A stretch of DNA of 64,000 nucleotides from Acidobacteriota bacterium (lineage in GTDB: Bacteria; Acidobacteriota; UBA890; WLXD01). Made by a program: the position numbers and the translations under genes. Positions 37,701 through 47,283 of the stretch are shown here, in pieces. The notes under the pieces are model-generated. The model searched no databases and was not told where the DNA came from. It worked only from the letters and a program-made list of their open reading frames with translations. The stretch covers positions 2,400,001 to 2,464,000 of the forward strand of contig CBDFKD010000002.1 in assembly GCA_965248695.1 (NCBI GenBank), read 5' to 3'. Numbering within the stretch: position 1 is the first letter of the stretch; every line of letters starts with the position of its first letter.

Positions 37701-39197
37701 CTAGTCCGCGGCCTTGACGACCTCTCTCATGTACCAGGTGGCGAAGTCGTTGGGGCCGCCCTCGTGGGTGGAGTAGCGACTGGCGGCGTAGGCGCCTGAC
37801 TCGATGCCCACATGGTTGTTGTCGGTGATCCAGATGTCTTCCAGGAGCGTGATGTACCACAGCGCTTTGACGTTGTCCGGATCGTAGTCGCGACCCTCGA
37901 CAGCGTCGGGGTGCACTAGCCAGACAGTCTCGCAATCGATGAGCTTCTCTGTCCGCGGCGTGAACCGTGCTACCACGACGTGATCGTCGTAGGCTTGCCA
38001 GAAGCCGGTAAGCTGGCCTGTCGAGGCCTGCTCGGTCTCGTGGTTCCACCCGGTGATGTTGGGGAGGAGGATTGACGTCGGCTTGCCGTCGACCGACCCG
38101 GTGACGAAGCCGGGATTGAGCAACCCGCCCATGCTCGCGTACGTGGGAGTGTCACCCATACCAGCGGATTCGGACTGCCGCCCCGGCCGGGACTCCTCCG
38201 GGACCCACGCCGCGACCGCAGCATGCCTTTCGTTTTTCTGTTCGCGCGTGCCCTCCAGGTCCCAGTTGTGCGTGGCCACCAGATTCGTGTGCGCCGGGCC
38301 GCAGTGATAGCACTCCTTGAAGTTCTCGATAAACAGCTTCCAGTTGGCGTTGATCGGAACGTACTCGCGTGCCGCGATCTTCAGATCCGCGAGGCTCCAC
38401 TTGTCGCCTATGGCCCTCACCGAGCTCACCGCCGATTCGAAGTCCGGCGGCGTGTCCGACTTGGACAGGTTGACGAGGACCTGTCCTTCGACGACCCGCG
38501 TGTGGCAGGGAAGCAAGCCGTTCTCGGCCGGGTCGAAGTCGTCCTGCATGCCGTAGGCGTAGATCAGGCTGCCCTCGGTGTCATAGGTCCAGGCGTGGTA
38601 TGGGCAGCGGAATACCGGTGAGTTACCGGACTGTCCAAGCTGCTTGACCGACAGCCGTGGGTCGCTTGGTATCGCATCGGCGTCATGCCGGCATAGCCGC
38701 GAGCCGCGGTGGCGGCAGACATTGTAGAAGCCTCGAATCTCGTTGTCCTGCCCGCGCACGATCAGGATGCTTTCGGAGCGACCGAACTCGTACACGTAGA
38801 AGTCACCCGGGTTCGGAATGCGGCTCGCCTGGTCGGTGTACTGCCAGATGTTCTCCGCCAAGAACGCTTCGTCGGCGTCGAATATCTCCGGGTCGAGGTA
38901 GTACTCGCCGGGAAGGGTCAGGCCCTCTTTCCAGCCGTCCGCTCTGGCTCTCTGACGGACCGGCTCGGTCAAGGGAGCCCCACCCCCACCACCGTAGCGA
39001 CCGACCTCCTCTGGCATCTCGACACGAGCCACACGATAGGCCGTCTTCGGCGCGGCGGTCTTGGCTGGGGTCGAGCCGAGCAACGCGTTGGGCAGCGCGA
39101 CAGCCGCGGTACCGGCGGCGACCGAGGTCTTTGCAAAGGTCCGGCGGCTCAGCTTGGCATCCGCGCCGTTCGTCTCACCTGTATCTCGCCTGCTCAT
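37701..39197 (-). CDS. Rieske non-heme iron oxygenase alpha subunit with Tat signal (paralogue of 35544..36860)
   Basis: SRRTFAK Tat motif; CRH...CPYH; NWKLFIENFKECYHC...H; GGAGG RBS before ATG 39197. Confidence 0.88.
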   Translation of the reverse strand: MSRRDTGETNGADAKLSRRTFAKTSVAAGTAAVALPNALLGSTPAKTAAPKTAYRVARVEMPEEVGRYGGGGGAPLTEPVRQRARADGWKEGLTLPGEYYLDPEIFDADEAFLAENIWQYTDQASRIPNPGDFYVYEFGRSESILIVRGQDNEIRGFYNVCRHRGSRLCRHDADAIPSDPRLSVKQLGQSGNSPVFRCPYHAWTYDTEGSLIYAYGMQDDFDPAENGLLPCHTRVVEGQVLVNLSKSDTPPDFESAVSSVRAIGDKWSLADLKIAAREYVPINANWKLFIENFKECYHCGPAHTNLVATHNWDLEGTREQKNERHAAVAAWVPEESRPGRQSESAGMGDTPTYASMGGLLNPGFVTGSVDGKPTSILLPNITGWNHETEQASTGQLTGFWQAYDDHVVVARFTPRTEKLIDCETVWLVHPDAVEGRDYDPDNVKALWYITLLEDIWITDNNHVGIESGAYAASRYSTHEGGPNDFATWYMREVVKAAD

Positions 39198-39292
39198 GTC
39201 GTCCTCCAAGACCGAAGCTGCAGTTCCCTTCTGCGACAACTAGCGCATCACGACCCCGGCGGTATTTCAACTGTTGCGCCGTCAGCTGGCGA

Positions 39293-41686
39293 TCACGGCG
39301 AGTCGTCGGTTCCCTTCAGCCGGAGCAGAAACAGCCCCTCGCGCTGGCTGCTGACGGCGACAACCCCGCTCTTGAAGTAGGGGTAGTTGCTCCACGCACC
39401 GACAGACGTCACGCCGGCCACACCGAAGCCACCGTCATCGCCCCACGGAACGGTGTCGAAGAAGCCGATCGGGCGCATGCTCTCGCGATCGCTGATGTCG
39501 TACACGCGCAGGCCGCTGCGGAGGACGGACTGGTAGATCACGTCGCCGAGGACGTAGAGGTTGTGGTCGGTCCCCGTGGTCTCGGCAACGTATTCGCCGA
39601 CGAGGATCGGGTCGTCGAGCTCGGAGATGTCGAAGATCATCGTGCGCGCGCCGGGGGTGAGCCCGTTGATCTCGTCCAGCTCGTCGTTCAGGTAGAAGTA
39701 CCGGTGGTCCTCGGAGACCCCGCCCTGGTGGGTGTAGCCGATGTTCGGGTAGGTGGCGATCGACACCGCCACCGGGTTCCGCTTGTCGGTGACGTCGGCG
39801 ATACTGACCGCCGTTGCGTTCGACCCGATGCAGATCTCGCGGCCCGCGTAGCGCTCGTCGGGGCCGCTGTAAATGATGCACTGGGCATCGTGTGTGTACC
39901 CGGTGCCTCGGCCGGTGTTGGTGTCGGCGAAGCAGCCCTCGAACACCGGCTGCTGCGGGTCCTCGACGTTGATCATGTGCAGCCCGCCGCCGCAGGTCTC
40001 GCCACCGCCGCTGGCGCCGACGACGTAGGCGTAGGGGGTGCCCTCGTCGATGACGATGTTGTGGGCACTGTGGATGCGGTCGTAGTGCGCGTCCTCGGTG
40101 AAGGCGAGCGGCTCACCCTCGAACTCGCGCAGGTGTGCCAGGTCGAAGATCTGCACGCCGTGCGCGCCGGCGCCGTCGGCGACGATGAACACGTGGTCGC
40201 CGTAGATCTTGACGTCGCGCCACAGGGCGGAGTTCGCGCCCGCAGTTTTCTCGAGGCTGCCGACCCACACGGGGGCGTACGGGTCGGTGACGTCGACGAA
40301 GGAGGTCCGGTCGCCCATCCCGACGACGGCGTACTCGCGCCCGGTATCGGGATCGGCCCAGCCCCACATGTCGTTGACCCCGACGCCGCGGCTGCCGCCG
40401 AGCTCGTGGATCGGCATGAAGGCCACCAGGTCGACGTTGTCGCAGGGGAAGATGGCGGCCATGCCGTCGACGCACTCGATGGTCTCGCCGATGAGTGTCT
40501 CGAGCCGCGCCTCCTCGCTGAGCACACGGGTGCGGTCCCAGCCGCCGAGGCCACGGCTCATGATCACGGCGGTGCCGGCGCTGTAATCGTCCCCGGGCAT
40601 GCCGGCGGCGACGACGTCGCCCCATGCGGCGAGGGAGGCACCCATCTGGCTGCTGCCCAGGAGGCCCACGGCGCCGATCTTGCTCGCGTTGGTCCAGTTG
40701 CCCGTGCCGTCACGCCGGAAGTGGTAGACGTCTCCCGTCCCACCGTTGGCGCCGGGGGCGCCTACGAAGGCTTCGTCATTGTCGAAGACGAGCGCCGTGC
40801 CGAAGCGGCTGCCGGCCGGAGCATCGTACGGCACCAGCGTGCCGTGCTGGGCCCACTCGCCGGCAGGCTCGTCGAATCGGTAGGCGTAGACTGCCCCGGC
40901 GCCGTCGTTGACACCCGGCGAGCCGATCATCAACTCACCGTCGCCGGAGCTCATAGTGAAACCGAAGGCATCTCCCGCCTCAGACTCCGGGGCCGCCAGG
41001 CTGCCGACAGGTTGCCAGGCGTTGCCCCGGCTCCGGAACATGTGCACGCGCCCCGGGTTCGTTCCCCCTCCCGGCGCCCCGACGAGGAGCCAGTCCTCCC
41101 GGAGGGTCACGCTGCTGCCGAAGTTGGACGGCGCAGCCCCCTCGTCGTCCCCCTCATCTGGGACGTCCTCGGGACGCAGCTTGGAGAGGAGCTCCCAGCC
41201 CACATCGCCGCGGCGGTAGAGATAGACGGCGCCGATCCCGTCCTCGTGCTGTGGCGCCCCCACCGCCATGATCCCGCCCTCCGCCACCATCGATCCACCG
41301 AACTGGTCCCCTTCGGTACCGTCGTCCGGTGCCACCCTTCCGACCTCGACCCAGCTTCTGCCTCGGAGCTCGAAGACGTAGGCGACCCCCGCGCCAGCCT
41401 CCGTCGCGCCGACGAGCACCCGCTCCCCGGCCACCGCCAGCGACGCGCCGAACCCGTCTCCGGCGGAAGAATCGGAGCGTGTGAGGCGCTGGAACTCCAC
41501 CCAGCCTCCGGAGCCCGGGCGGTACACGTAGACGATGCCGGGGCCGACCTGGTTGGCCGGCTCGCCGATGAGGATCTCGCCCTCGACGGCAGCGACCGCC
41601 CGGCCGAAGCCGAGCTGCGCTTCGGCGGGGCTCGCCAGCGCGAGCGCAAGAAGGGTGAGACAGATCACTGGGACGTGCTTTCTCAT
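39293..41686 (-). CDS. Secreted FG-GAP repeat + choice-of-anchor B (LVIVD-like) protein
   Basis: Multiple FG...VGAP...GAVY repeats, followed by NDMWGWADP, WRDVK, AHNI, YTHDAQC, YTHQG, LNDELDE and GAWSNYPYF motifs. Confidence 0.85.
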   Translation of the reverse strand: MRKHVPVICLTLLALALASPAEAQLGFGRAVAAVEGEILIGEPANQVGPGIVYVYRPGSGGWVEFQRLTRSDSSAGDGFGASLAVAGERVLVGATEAGAGVAYVFELRGRSWVEVGRVAPDDGTEGDQFGGSMVAEGGIMAVGAPQHEDGIGAVYLYRRGDVGWELLSKLRPEDVPDEGDDEGAAPSNFGSSVTLREDWLLVGAPGGGTNPGRVHMFRSRGNAWQPVGSLAAPESEAGDAFGFTMSSGDGELMIGSPGVNDGAGAVYAYRFDEPAGEWAQHGTLVPYDAPAGSRFGTALVFDNDEAFVGAPGANGGTGDVYHFRRDGTGNWTNASKIGAVGLLGSSQMGASLAAWGDVVAAGMPGDDYSAGTAVIMSRGLGGWDRTRVLSEEARLETLIGETIECVDGMAAIFPCDNVDLVAFMPIHELGGSRGVGVNDMWGWADPDTGREYAVVGMGDRTSFVDVTDPYAPVWVGSLEKTAGANSALWRDVKIYGDHVFIVADGAGAHGVQIFDLAHLREFEGEPLAFTEDAHYDRIHSAHNIVIDEGTPYAYVVGASGGGETCGGGLHMINVEDPQQPVFEGCFADTNTGRGTGYTHDAQCIIYSGPDERYAGREICIGSNATAVSIADVTDKRNPVAVSIATYPNIGYTHQGGVSEDHRYFYLNDELDEINGLTPGARTMIFDISELDDPILVGEYVAETTGTDHNLYVLGDVIYQSVLRSGLRVYDISDRESMRPIGFFDTVPWGDDGGFGVAGVTSVGAWSNYPYFKSGVVAVSSQREGLFLLRLKGTDDSP

Positions 41687-41860
41687 CGTTCACCTCGTGT
41701 TGGCGGCGGATACGGGCACAGCGATAACGGTGGGGCGGTTGAGCCTGACGTTGCCGGTGCTACTCGGTCCGCCCGGCGTCGACTCTAGCGAAGAAACAAC
41801 CCGCCCTCCAGGGGGCTCGCGTGACTCAGCCTCCCGTATGCCCATCGCCCAGGTATTCAG

Positions 41861-41897
41861 TTGACAGCTTCAGCGTGAACTGATACCTAGAGGTATC
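41861..41897 (+). promoter_or_regulatory. Sigma70-type promoter with overlapping palindromic operator
   Basis: Perfect TTGACA at 41861; GATACC-TAGA-GGTATC palindrome (41882-41897) covering the expected -10, upstream of a membrane protein-XRE pair. Confidence 0.6.
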
Positions 41898-41969
41898 GAA
41901 ACGGGATGTTTAAGTTATATATTATCACCTGTAGTGCCCACGCCAAGCTTCCACTTTGGAGGCAGCAAC

Positions 41970-42455
41970 ATGAACGAGAACGTCGACTTTTCGCCGGCCG
42001 AAGCTTCCGACCGCCACAAACTACTAATGGGACTATCGATGTTGGCGCTCGCCTTGCTCTTCGCCACCGGCGCCGTCGAGCATGTCCTCGGACCGGACGC
42101 TGAGCTCTATGTGGACATTGTCAGCAAGGGGCTGACGATCTTCATCATCGTCCCGATTTCTTGGGTTGCCTACTGGAAGCTCTGGAAGCTTCCGAGCCAT
42201 CAGCGTGAGCAGTACTTCAGCGTCGACGGATTCGTTATGGACGCTTTGTATCGAGCCCAACGACTTTCGTGGACGGCAACGCTGGTGGTGCTCGCCGTGC
42301 TTGTCTCGATTTTTGATGGGCCGCTATTGAATGCCTACCCGACCGAGTTCTACCTGGACGCCGTGCTCGCCCTGATGCTCGGGGTTCTGAGCACGGTCTT
42401 CTTCTATCTGGTCGGGGTCGAGGACGACGACTCTGAGGACGCGTCGCATGCGTAG
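41970..42455 (+). CDS. Hypothetical membrane protein (about 4 TM)
   Basis: GGAGG RBS; four hydrophobic segments; overlaps the downstream XRE regulator. Confidence 0.7.
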   Translation: MNENVDFSPAEASDRHKLLMGLSMLALALLFATGAVEHVLGPDAELYVDIVSKGLTIFIIVPISWVAYWKLWKLPSHQREQYFSVDGFVMDALYRAQRLSWTATLVVLAVLVSIFDGPLLNAYPTEFYLDAVLALMLGVLSTVFFYLVGVEDDDSEDASHA

Positions 42456-42663
42456 AGCCACCCTGAACAACCGCATTCGGGTTTTCCGGGCCGAGCACCG
42501 ACTGAGTCAGAGCGAGCTGGCGCGCCTGATCGGCGTTTCCCGTAAGACGATCAGCACCATCGAGGTCGGGAGGTTCGTTCCTTCGACCGTCATCGCGTTA
42601 CTGATAGCGCGTCACTTCGACGTCCCCGTGGAAGAGATCTTCTCGCTCGAAGAAGCCCCCTGA
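42448..42663 (+). CDS. XRE/Cro-C1 helix-turn-helix transcriptional regulator
   Basis: NRIRVFRAEHRLSQSELARLIGVSRKTISTIEVGRFVPS...VEEIF. Confidence 0.92.
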   Translation: MRRATLNNRIRVFRAEHRLSQSELARLIGVSRKTISTIEVGRFVPSTVIALLIARHFDVPVEEIFSLEEAP

Positions 42664-42740
42664 GGCTTCTCGGCGTGCAAATATGCGAGCAGGAACGGCG
42701 CTCCCGGGGCAAGCAGATCAGTTCCTGGAGCGCAGCGCAC

Positions 42741-44000
42741 TGACCTGACCCCGCGGTTAGTACCATGTCTTATCTCAGTAACTCGGTGCTGACAAGAGGT
42801 TGTTGAGGCCGGCGAAGCGGAGCGCAGCCGGCTTCAACAACGTCGCTTCGGGTGCGGGCGGCCGATAGCTCAGCGAGCTGTGCGGTCGCATGCGGTTGTA
42901 GTGCTGACGCCATCTCTCGATCAGAACCTTTGCCTCCTTGAGCGTGTAGAAGATCTCTCCATCCAGCAGCTCGTCGCGTAGCTTGCCGTTGAAGCTCTCC
43001 ACGTAACCGTTCTCCCACGGCGAGCCCGGCTCGATGAACAGCGTCCCCACGCCCAACCGGCCCAGCCAGTCGCGAACCGCCTCGGCGGTGAACTCTGGTC
43101 CGTTATCCGACCGGATGTGCTCAGGTATGCCCCGGTGTACGAACAACCTCCCGAGCTGCTCCAGCACGTCCTCAGAGTTGAGCTTCCGTGCTACATGGAT
43201 CGCCAGGCTTTCTCGTGTGTACTCATCGACGATCGTCAGCAGCCTCATAGCCCGACCGTCGTGCGTCCGGTGGTGCAGGAAGTCATACGCCCAGACATGA
43301 TCCCGGTGCTGTGGGCGCAGCCGGATGCAGGAGCCATCGCTCAGCCACAGCCGTGCTCGTTTGGGCTGTTTTCTCGGTACTTTCAGCCCTTCGCGCCGCC
43401 AGATACGCTGCACTCGTTTGTGGTTCACGGACCAGCCCTCCATGCGCAGCAACGCTGTCACCCTCCGATATCCGTAGCGCCCGTACTGTCGGGCTAAATC
43501 CACGATCCGCTCCGTCAAAATCTGCTCCTGTTGCGGCTCTCTTGGCACGTACCGGTGTGTCGTGCGTGGTTGTTTCAGTACCCGACACGCCCGCCTCTCC
43601 GAGACGCCCAGCCGCCCCCGTACATGTGCCACCGCCTCTCGCCGCCGAGCTGGGCTCAGAAGTTTCCCTCCGCCACTTCCTTCAGGATCGACAGGTCGAG
43701 TTCCTTTTCCGCCACCAGCCTCTTGAGCCGGGCATTCTCCTTCTCCAGTTGCTTGAGCTTTCTGGCCTGGTTGAGCTTCAGTCCGCCGTACTCTCGCCGC
43801 CACCGGTAGTAGGTGTGCTCGGTGATTGCTAGCTTGCGGCAGGCATCCTTGACCGTCGCCCCTCGAGCCAGCTCCACCTCAGCCTCCCGGAGCTTGCGTA
43901 CGATCTGCTCGGCGCTGTGCCTCTTACTCGGCATTCTGACCTCCCGTTCTTGACCCAGATCGTGAGATTACATCCGGATCCGTTTTCGGGGGTCAGGTCA
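42741..44000 (-). mobile_element. IS3-family insertion sequence (IS407-like), 1260 bp, copy 1
   Basis: Terminal IRs TGACCTGACCCC; orfA 43656..43934 and DDE orfB ending at 42775. No target duplication (flanks GCAC / CTGC). Confidence 0.95.
42775..43934 (-). CDS. IS3 transposase OrfAB (programmed -1 frameshift)
   Basis: OrfA HTH plus leucine zipper; OrfB WAYDF, RSDNGPEF, SPWENGYVESF; GGGAAAC slippery site at the junction. Confidence 0.92.
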
Positions 44001-44003
44001 CTG

Positions 44004-44115
44004 CGAAGATCCACGGGGCGCGGAACCACTCGCTAGAGGTCAGTCCACATATCGGAGATGCCCGATCTGGGAGAGCGGCGAGCTTCGACGAGCGATGTTC
44101 CCTTTCGGCTATCCG
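44004..44115. repeat. About 112-bp dispersed repeat, copy 1 (copy 2 at 61935..62046)
   Basis: Ungapped hand alignment gives 25 mismatches in 112 nt; shared blocks TCCACGGGGCGC, GTCAGTCCACA and GAGAGCGGCGAGCTT. Confidence 0.85.
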
Positions 44116-44321
44116 TGCTTCAACCCACGCATGTTGGTCAAGAATCGTGTATGCCTTCCGGGGTTGTACTGAGCCGGACCTAGCGGCCTCCCGTTGACTG
44201 TCCGGACGGTACGCGGTAGTCCATGAAGAGGCTAGGAGCCTGCTCTACGCCATCACCTGGGAACACTGGGTGTTTCCGAGTCAGAGCTATGAAGTCCCGA
44301 GTAAGTCAAGGAGACCTGAGA

Positions 44322-45533
44322 ATGAAGAAGAGCGACCGCGAGCTGGGCATGGGCCGGGAGATCAACCGTCGCGACTTGCTGAACGGAGCGAGCATCGCGA
44401 TCGCGGGAACGGTCCTCGCGCCGCGTGCCTCGGACGCTAGCACCGCTCGGACGATGCCGAGTCCTCCACCCGTAGATGAACCGGTGCCAACAGGGGGTAC
44501 CGGCCACTACCTGTATGTAGCGACTCCCGGTATCAGAGACCACTTGGGCTATGGGGGTCACGGATTGCTCGTTTTCGATATAGACGACAATCACGAATTC
44601 GTGAAACGAATTAGCACCAGGGGCTTCCATGACGATGGCACCCCATCGAATGTCAAGGGCATTGATGTGAGTGTGCCGCTCAACAGTGTCTATATCTCCA
44701 CCCTCGAGGGTATGCAGCGGATAGATCTGAGTACGGAAGAGGTGGTGTGGGAAATCGCCTATGAGGGTGGCTGCGACCGCATGTCGATTTCACCTGATGG
44801 CATGACCATGTACTTGCCATCATTGGAAAAAGAGTTCTGGAACGTCGTGGATAACGAGACTGGTGATGTCATTGCCAGGATCGACGTAGATACGAGTGCA
44901 CATAACACGATCTACGGTCCTTCAGGAACTCGAGCGTATATGGCGGACTATAAGTCGCCCTGGTTGTTCGTTGCAGATACCAAGACGCACACAATCGTCC
45001 AGAAAATCGGCCATTTCAGTGCGCCTGTTCGACCGTTCACCATGAAGAGCGACGAGTCGATTGTGTATGTGAACGTTGATGATTTGCTGGGATTCGAAGT
45101 GGGAGATCTGAAGACAGGAGAAAAGCTAGCGAGTGTTCGGGTCCAGGGTTGGGACATGGGTCCCGTACAACGACATGAGAATCCAAGTCATGGAATAGCG
45201 CTGAGCCCGGATGAAAAAGAGATCTGGATTAGCGATGCCCCTAACCACCGAATTCATGTCTTTAGCGCAGAAGCCCCTTATCAACAGCTCACGACCATTG
45301 CACTACGTGACATGCCGGGTTGGGTCACTTTCACCATCGATGGTCAGTATGCCTATTCATCTAGTGGCGAAGTGATTCAGGCAAAGACACGGAGCATTCT
45401 GTATTTATTGCAAGATGAGAATTACAACACCGTTTGCAGCGAAAAGATGGTTGAGATCTATCTGCAAGACGGCACAGTAACCAAGGCAGGTGACCAATTT
45501 GGCTTGGGTAGATTAGATGTAGCAGGAGGTTAG
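44322..45533 (+). CDS. YncE/YVTN-like beta-propeller protein with an SpdH-type Tat leader
   Basis: AAGGAG RBS; MKKSDRELGMGREINRRDLLNG leader; propeller repeats (MSISPDG, HGIALSPDEKEIW, WVTFTIDG); body visibly A/T-richer than its surroundings. Confidence 0.75.
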   Translation: MKKSDRELGMGREINRRDLLNGASIAIAGTVLAPRASDASTARTMPSPPPVDEPVPTGGTGHYLYVATPGIRDHLGYGGHGLLVFDIDDNHEFVKRISTRGFHDDGTPSNVKGIDVSVPLNSVYISTLEGMQRIDLSTEEVVWEIAYEGGCDRMSISPDGMTMYLPSLEKEFWNVVDNETGDVIARIDVDTSAHNTIYGPSGTRAYMADYKSPWLFVADTKTHTIVQKIGHFSAPVRPFTMKSDESIVYVNVDDLLGFEVGDLKTGEKLASVRVQGWDMGPVQRHENPSHGIALSPDEKEIWISDAPNHRIHVFSAEAPYQQLTTIALRDMPGWVTFTIDGQYAYSSSGEVIQAKTRSILYLLQDENYNTVCSEKMVEIYLQDGTVTKAGDQFGLGRLDVAGG

Positions 45534-46023
45534 GTTTCATTGGAAAGTCGGGCAGCCGTCTCAACCGCTACATACCAGCAATTCAATCTGACTGGACGCC
45601 CAGCCGGCGGAGACGGCAGCGCCATGGCCTATGGGAATGACAGGTTGCGCACGCCGACTACGCCCCAGTCGTCGGACCCTAGGATGTGCATGCGCTAGGT
45701 GCTGCTACTGATCCGTCGGCACGAGCCGCTTCAGCTCGTCGAATCAGTTGGTGGGCGTGAGCCAGCCGAGTACGGGCCGACGGGAAAGGCAACACTGCTG
45801 GAGTGAATCGCTGACCTGTGGACAAGAGTTCAACGTCGCAGTCTGAGTTTTGAGAGGGCAGCCGAATGATGGACCCCATGGACTTCAGTACCGGCACCAC
45901 CAACCCGGAGACTTTTCCCACCGAGGAGCTGGCCGAAGCGGCAGCCCGGGCGGTTCGAGAGCACGGGGTGGAGCTCAACACTTACCCCTGCAGCTTGGGG
46001 CACGAGGGTCTGCGCCGTTTGAT

Positions 46024-47283
46024 TGACCTGACCCCCGAAAACGGATCCGGATGTAATCTCACGATCTGGGTCAAGAACGGGAGGTCAGAATGCCGAGTAA
46101 GAGGCACAGCGCCGAGCAGATCGTACGCAAGCTCCGGGAGGCTGAGGTGGAGCTGGCTCGAGGGGCGACGGTCAAGGATGCCTGCCGCAAGCTAGCAATC
46201 ACCGAGCACACCTACTACCGGTGGCGGCGAGAGTACGGCGGACTGAAGCTCAACCAGGCCAGAAAGCTCAAGCAACTGGAGAAGGAGAATGCCCGGCTCA
46301 AGAGGCTGGTGGCGGAAAAGGAACTCGACCTGTCGATCCTGAAGGAAGTGGCGGAGGGAAACTTCTGAGCCCAGCTCGGCGGCGAGAGGCGGTGGCACAT
46401 GTACGGGGGCGGCTGGGCGTCTCGGAGAGGCGGGCGTGTCGGGTACTGAAACAACCACGCACGACACACCGGTACGTGCCAAGAGAGCCGCAACAGGAGC
46501 AGATTTTGACGGAGCGGATCGTGGATTTAGCCCGACAGTACGGGCGCTACGGATATCGGAGGGTGACAGCGTTGCTGCGCATGGAGGGCTGGTCCGTGAA
46601 CCACAAACGAGTGCAGCGTATCTGGCGGCGCGAAGGGCTGAAAGTACCGAGAAAACAGCCCAAACGAGCACGGCTGTGGCTGAGCGATGGCTCCTGCATC
46701 CGGCTGCGCCCACAGCACCGGGATCATGTCTGGGCGTATGACTTCCTGCACCACCGGACGCACGACGGTCGGGCTATGAGGCTGCTGACGATCGTCGATG
46801 AGTACACACGAGAAAGCCTGGCGATCCATGTAGCACGGAAGCTCAACTCTGAGGACGTGCTGGAGCAGCTCGGGAGGTTGTTCGTACACCGGGGCATACC
46901 TGAGCACATCCGGTCGGATAACGGACCAGAGTTCACCGCCGAGGCGGTTCGCGACTGGCTGGGCCGGTTGGGCGTGGGGACGCTGTTCATCGAGCCGGGC
47001 TCGCCGTGGGAGAACGGTTACGTGGAGAGCTTCAACGGCAAGCTACGCGACGAGCTGCTGGATGGAGAGATCTTCTACACGCTCAAGGAGGCAAAGGTTC
47101 TGATCGAGAGATGGCGTCAGCACTACAACCGCATGCGACCGCACAGCTCGCTGAGCTATCGGCCGCCCGCACCCGAAGCGACGTTGTTGAAGCCGGCTGC
47201 GCTCCGCTTCGCCGGCCTCAACAACCTCTTGTCAGCACCGAGTTACTGAGATAAGACATGGTACTAACCGCGGGGTCAGGTCA
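46024..47283 (+). mobile_element. IS3-family insertion sequence, 1260 bp, copy 2
   Basis: Same IRs and same translated ORFs as copy 1; 4-bp target duplication TGAT (46020-46023 and 47284-47287). Confidence 0.96.
46090..47249 (+). CDS. IS3 transposase OrfAB (programmed -1 frameshift)
   Basis: orfA 46090..46368; GGGAAAC heptamer at 46356-46362; orfB DDE domain ending at 47249. Confidence 0.92.

Noticed and set aside
41713-41720. Isolated GGGCACA as another arm site
   Set aside because: A single 7-mer with no partner repeat, TTGG array or tRNA fragment; expected by chance.
38657-41788. 1043-aa + strand ORF
   Set aside because: Antisense shadow of the well-supported FG-GAP/choice-of-anchor B and Rieske genes in GC-rich DNA; no recognisable motifs.
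44001-46023. Segment already inverted by recombination between the two IS3 copies
   Set aside because: Copy 2 retains its TGAT duplication and the aminotransferase halves are colinear.
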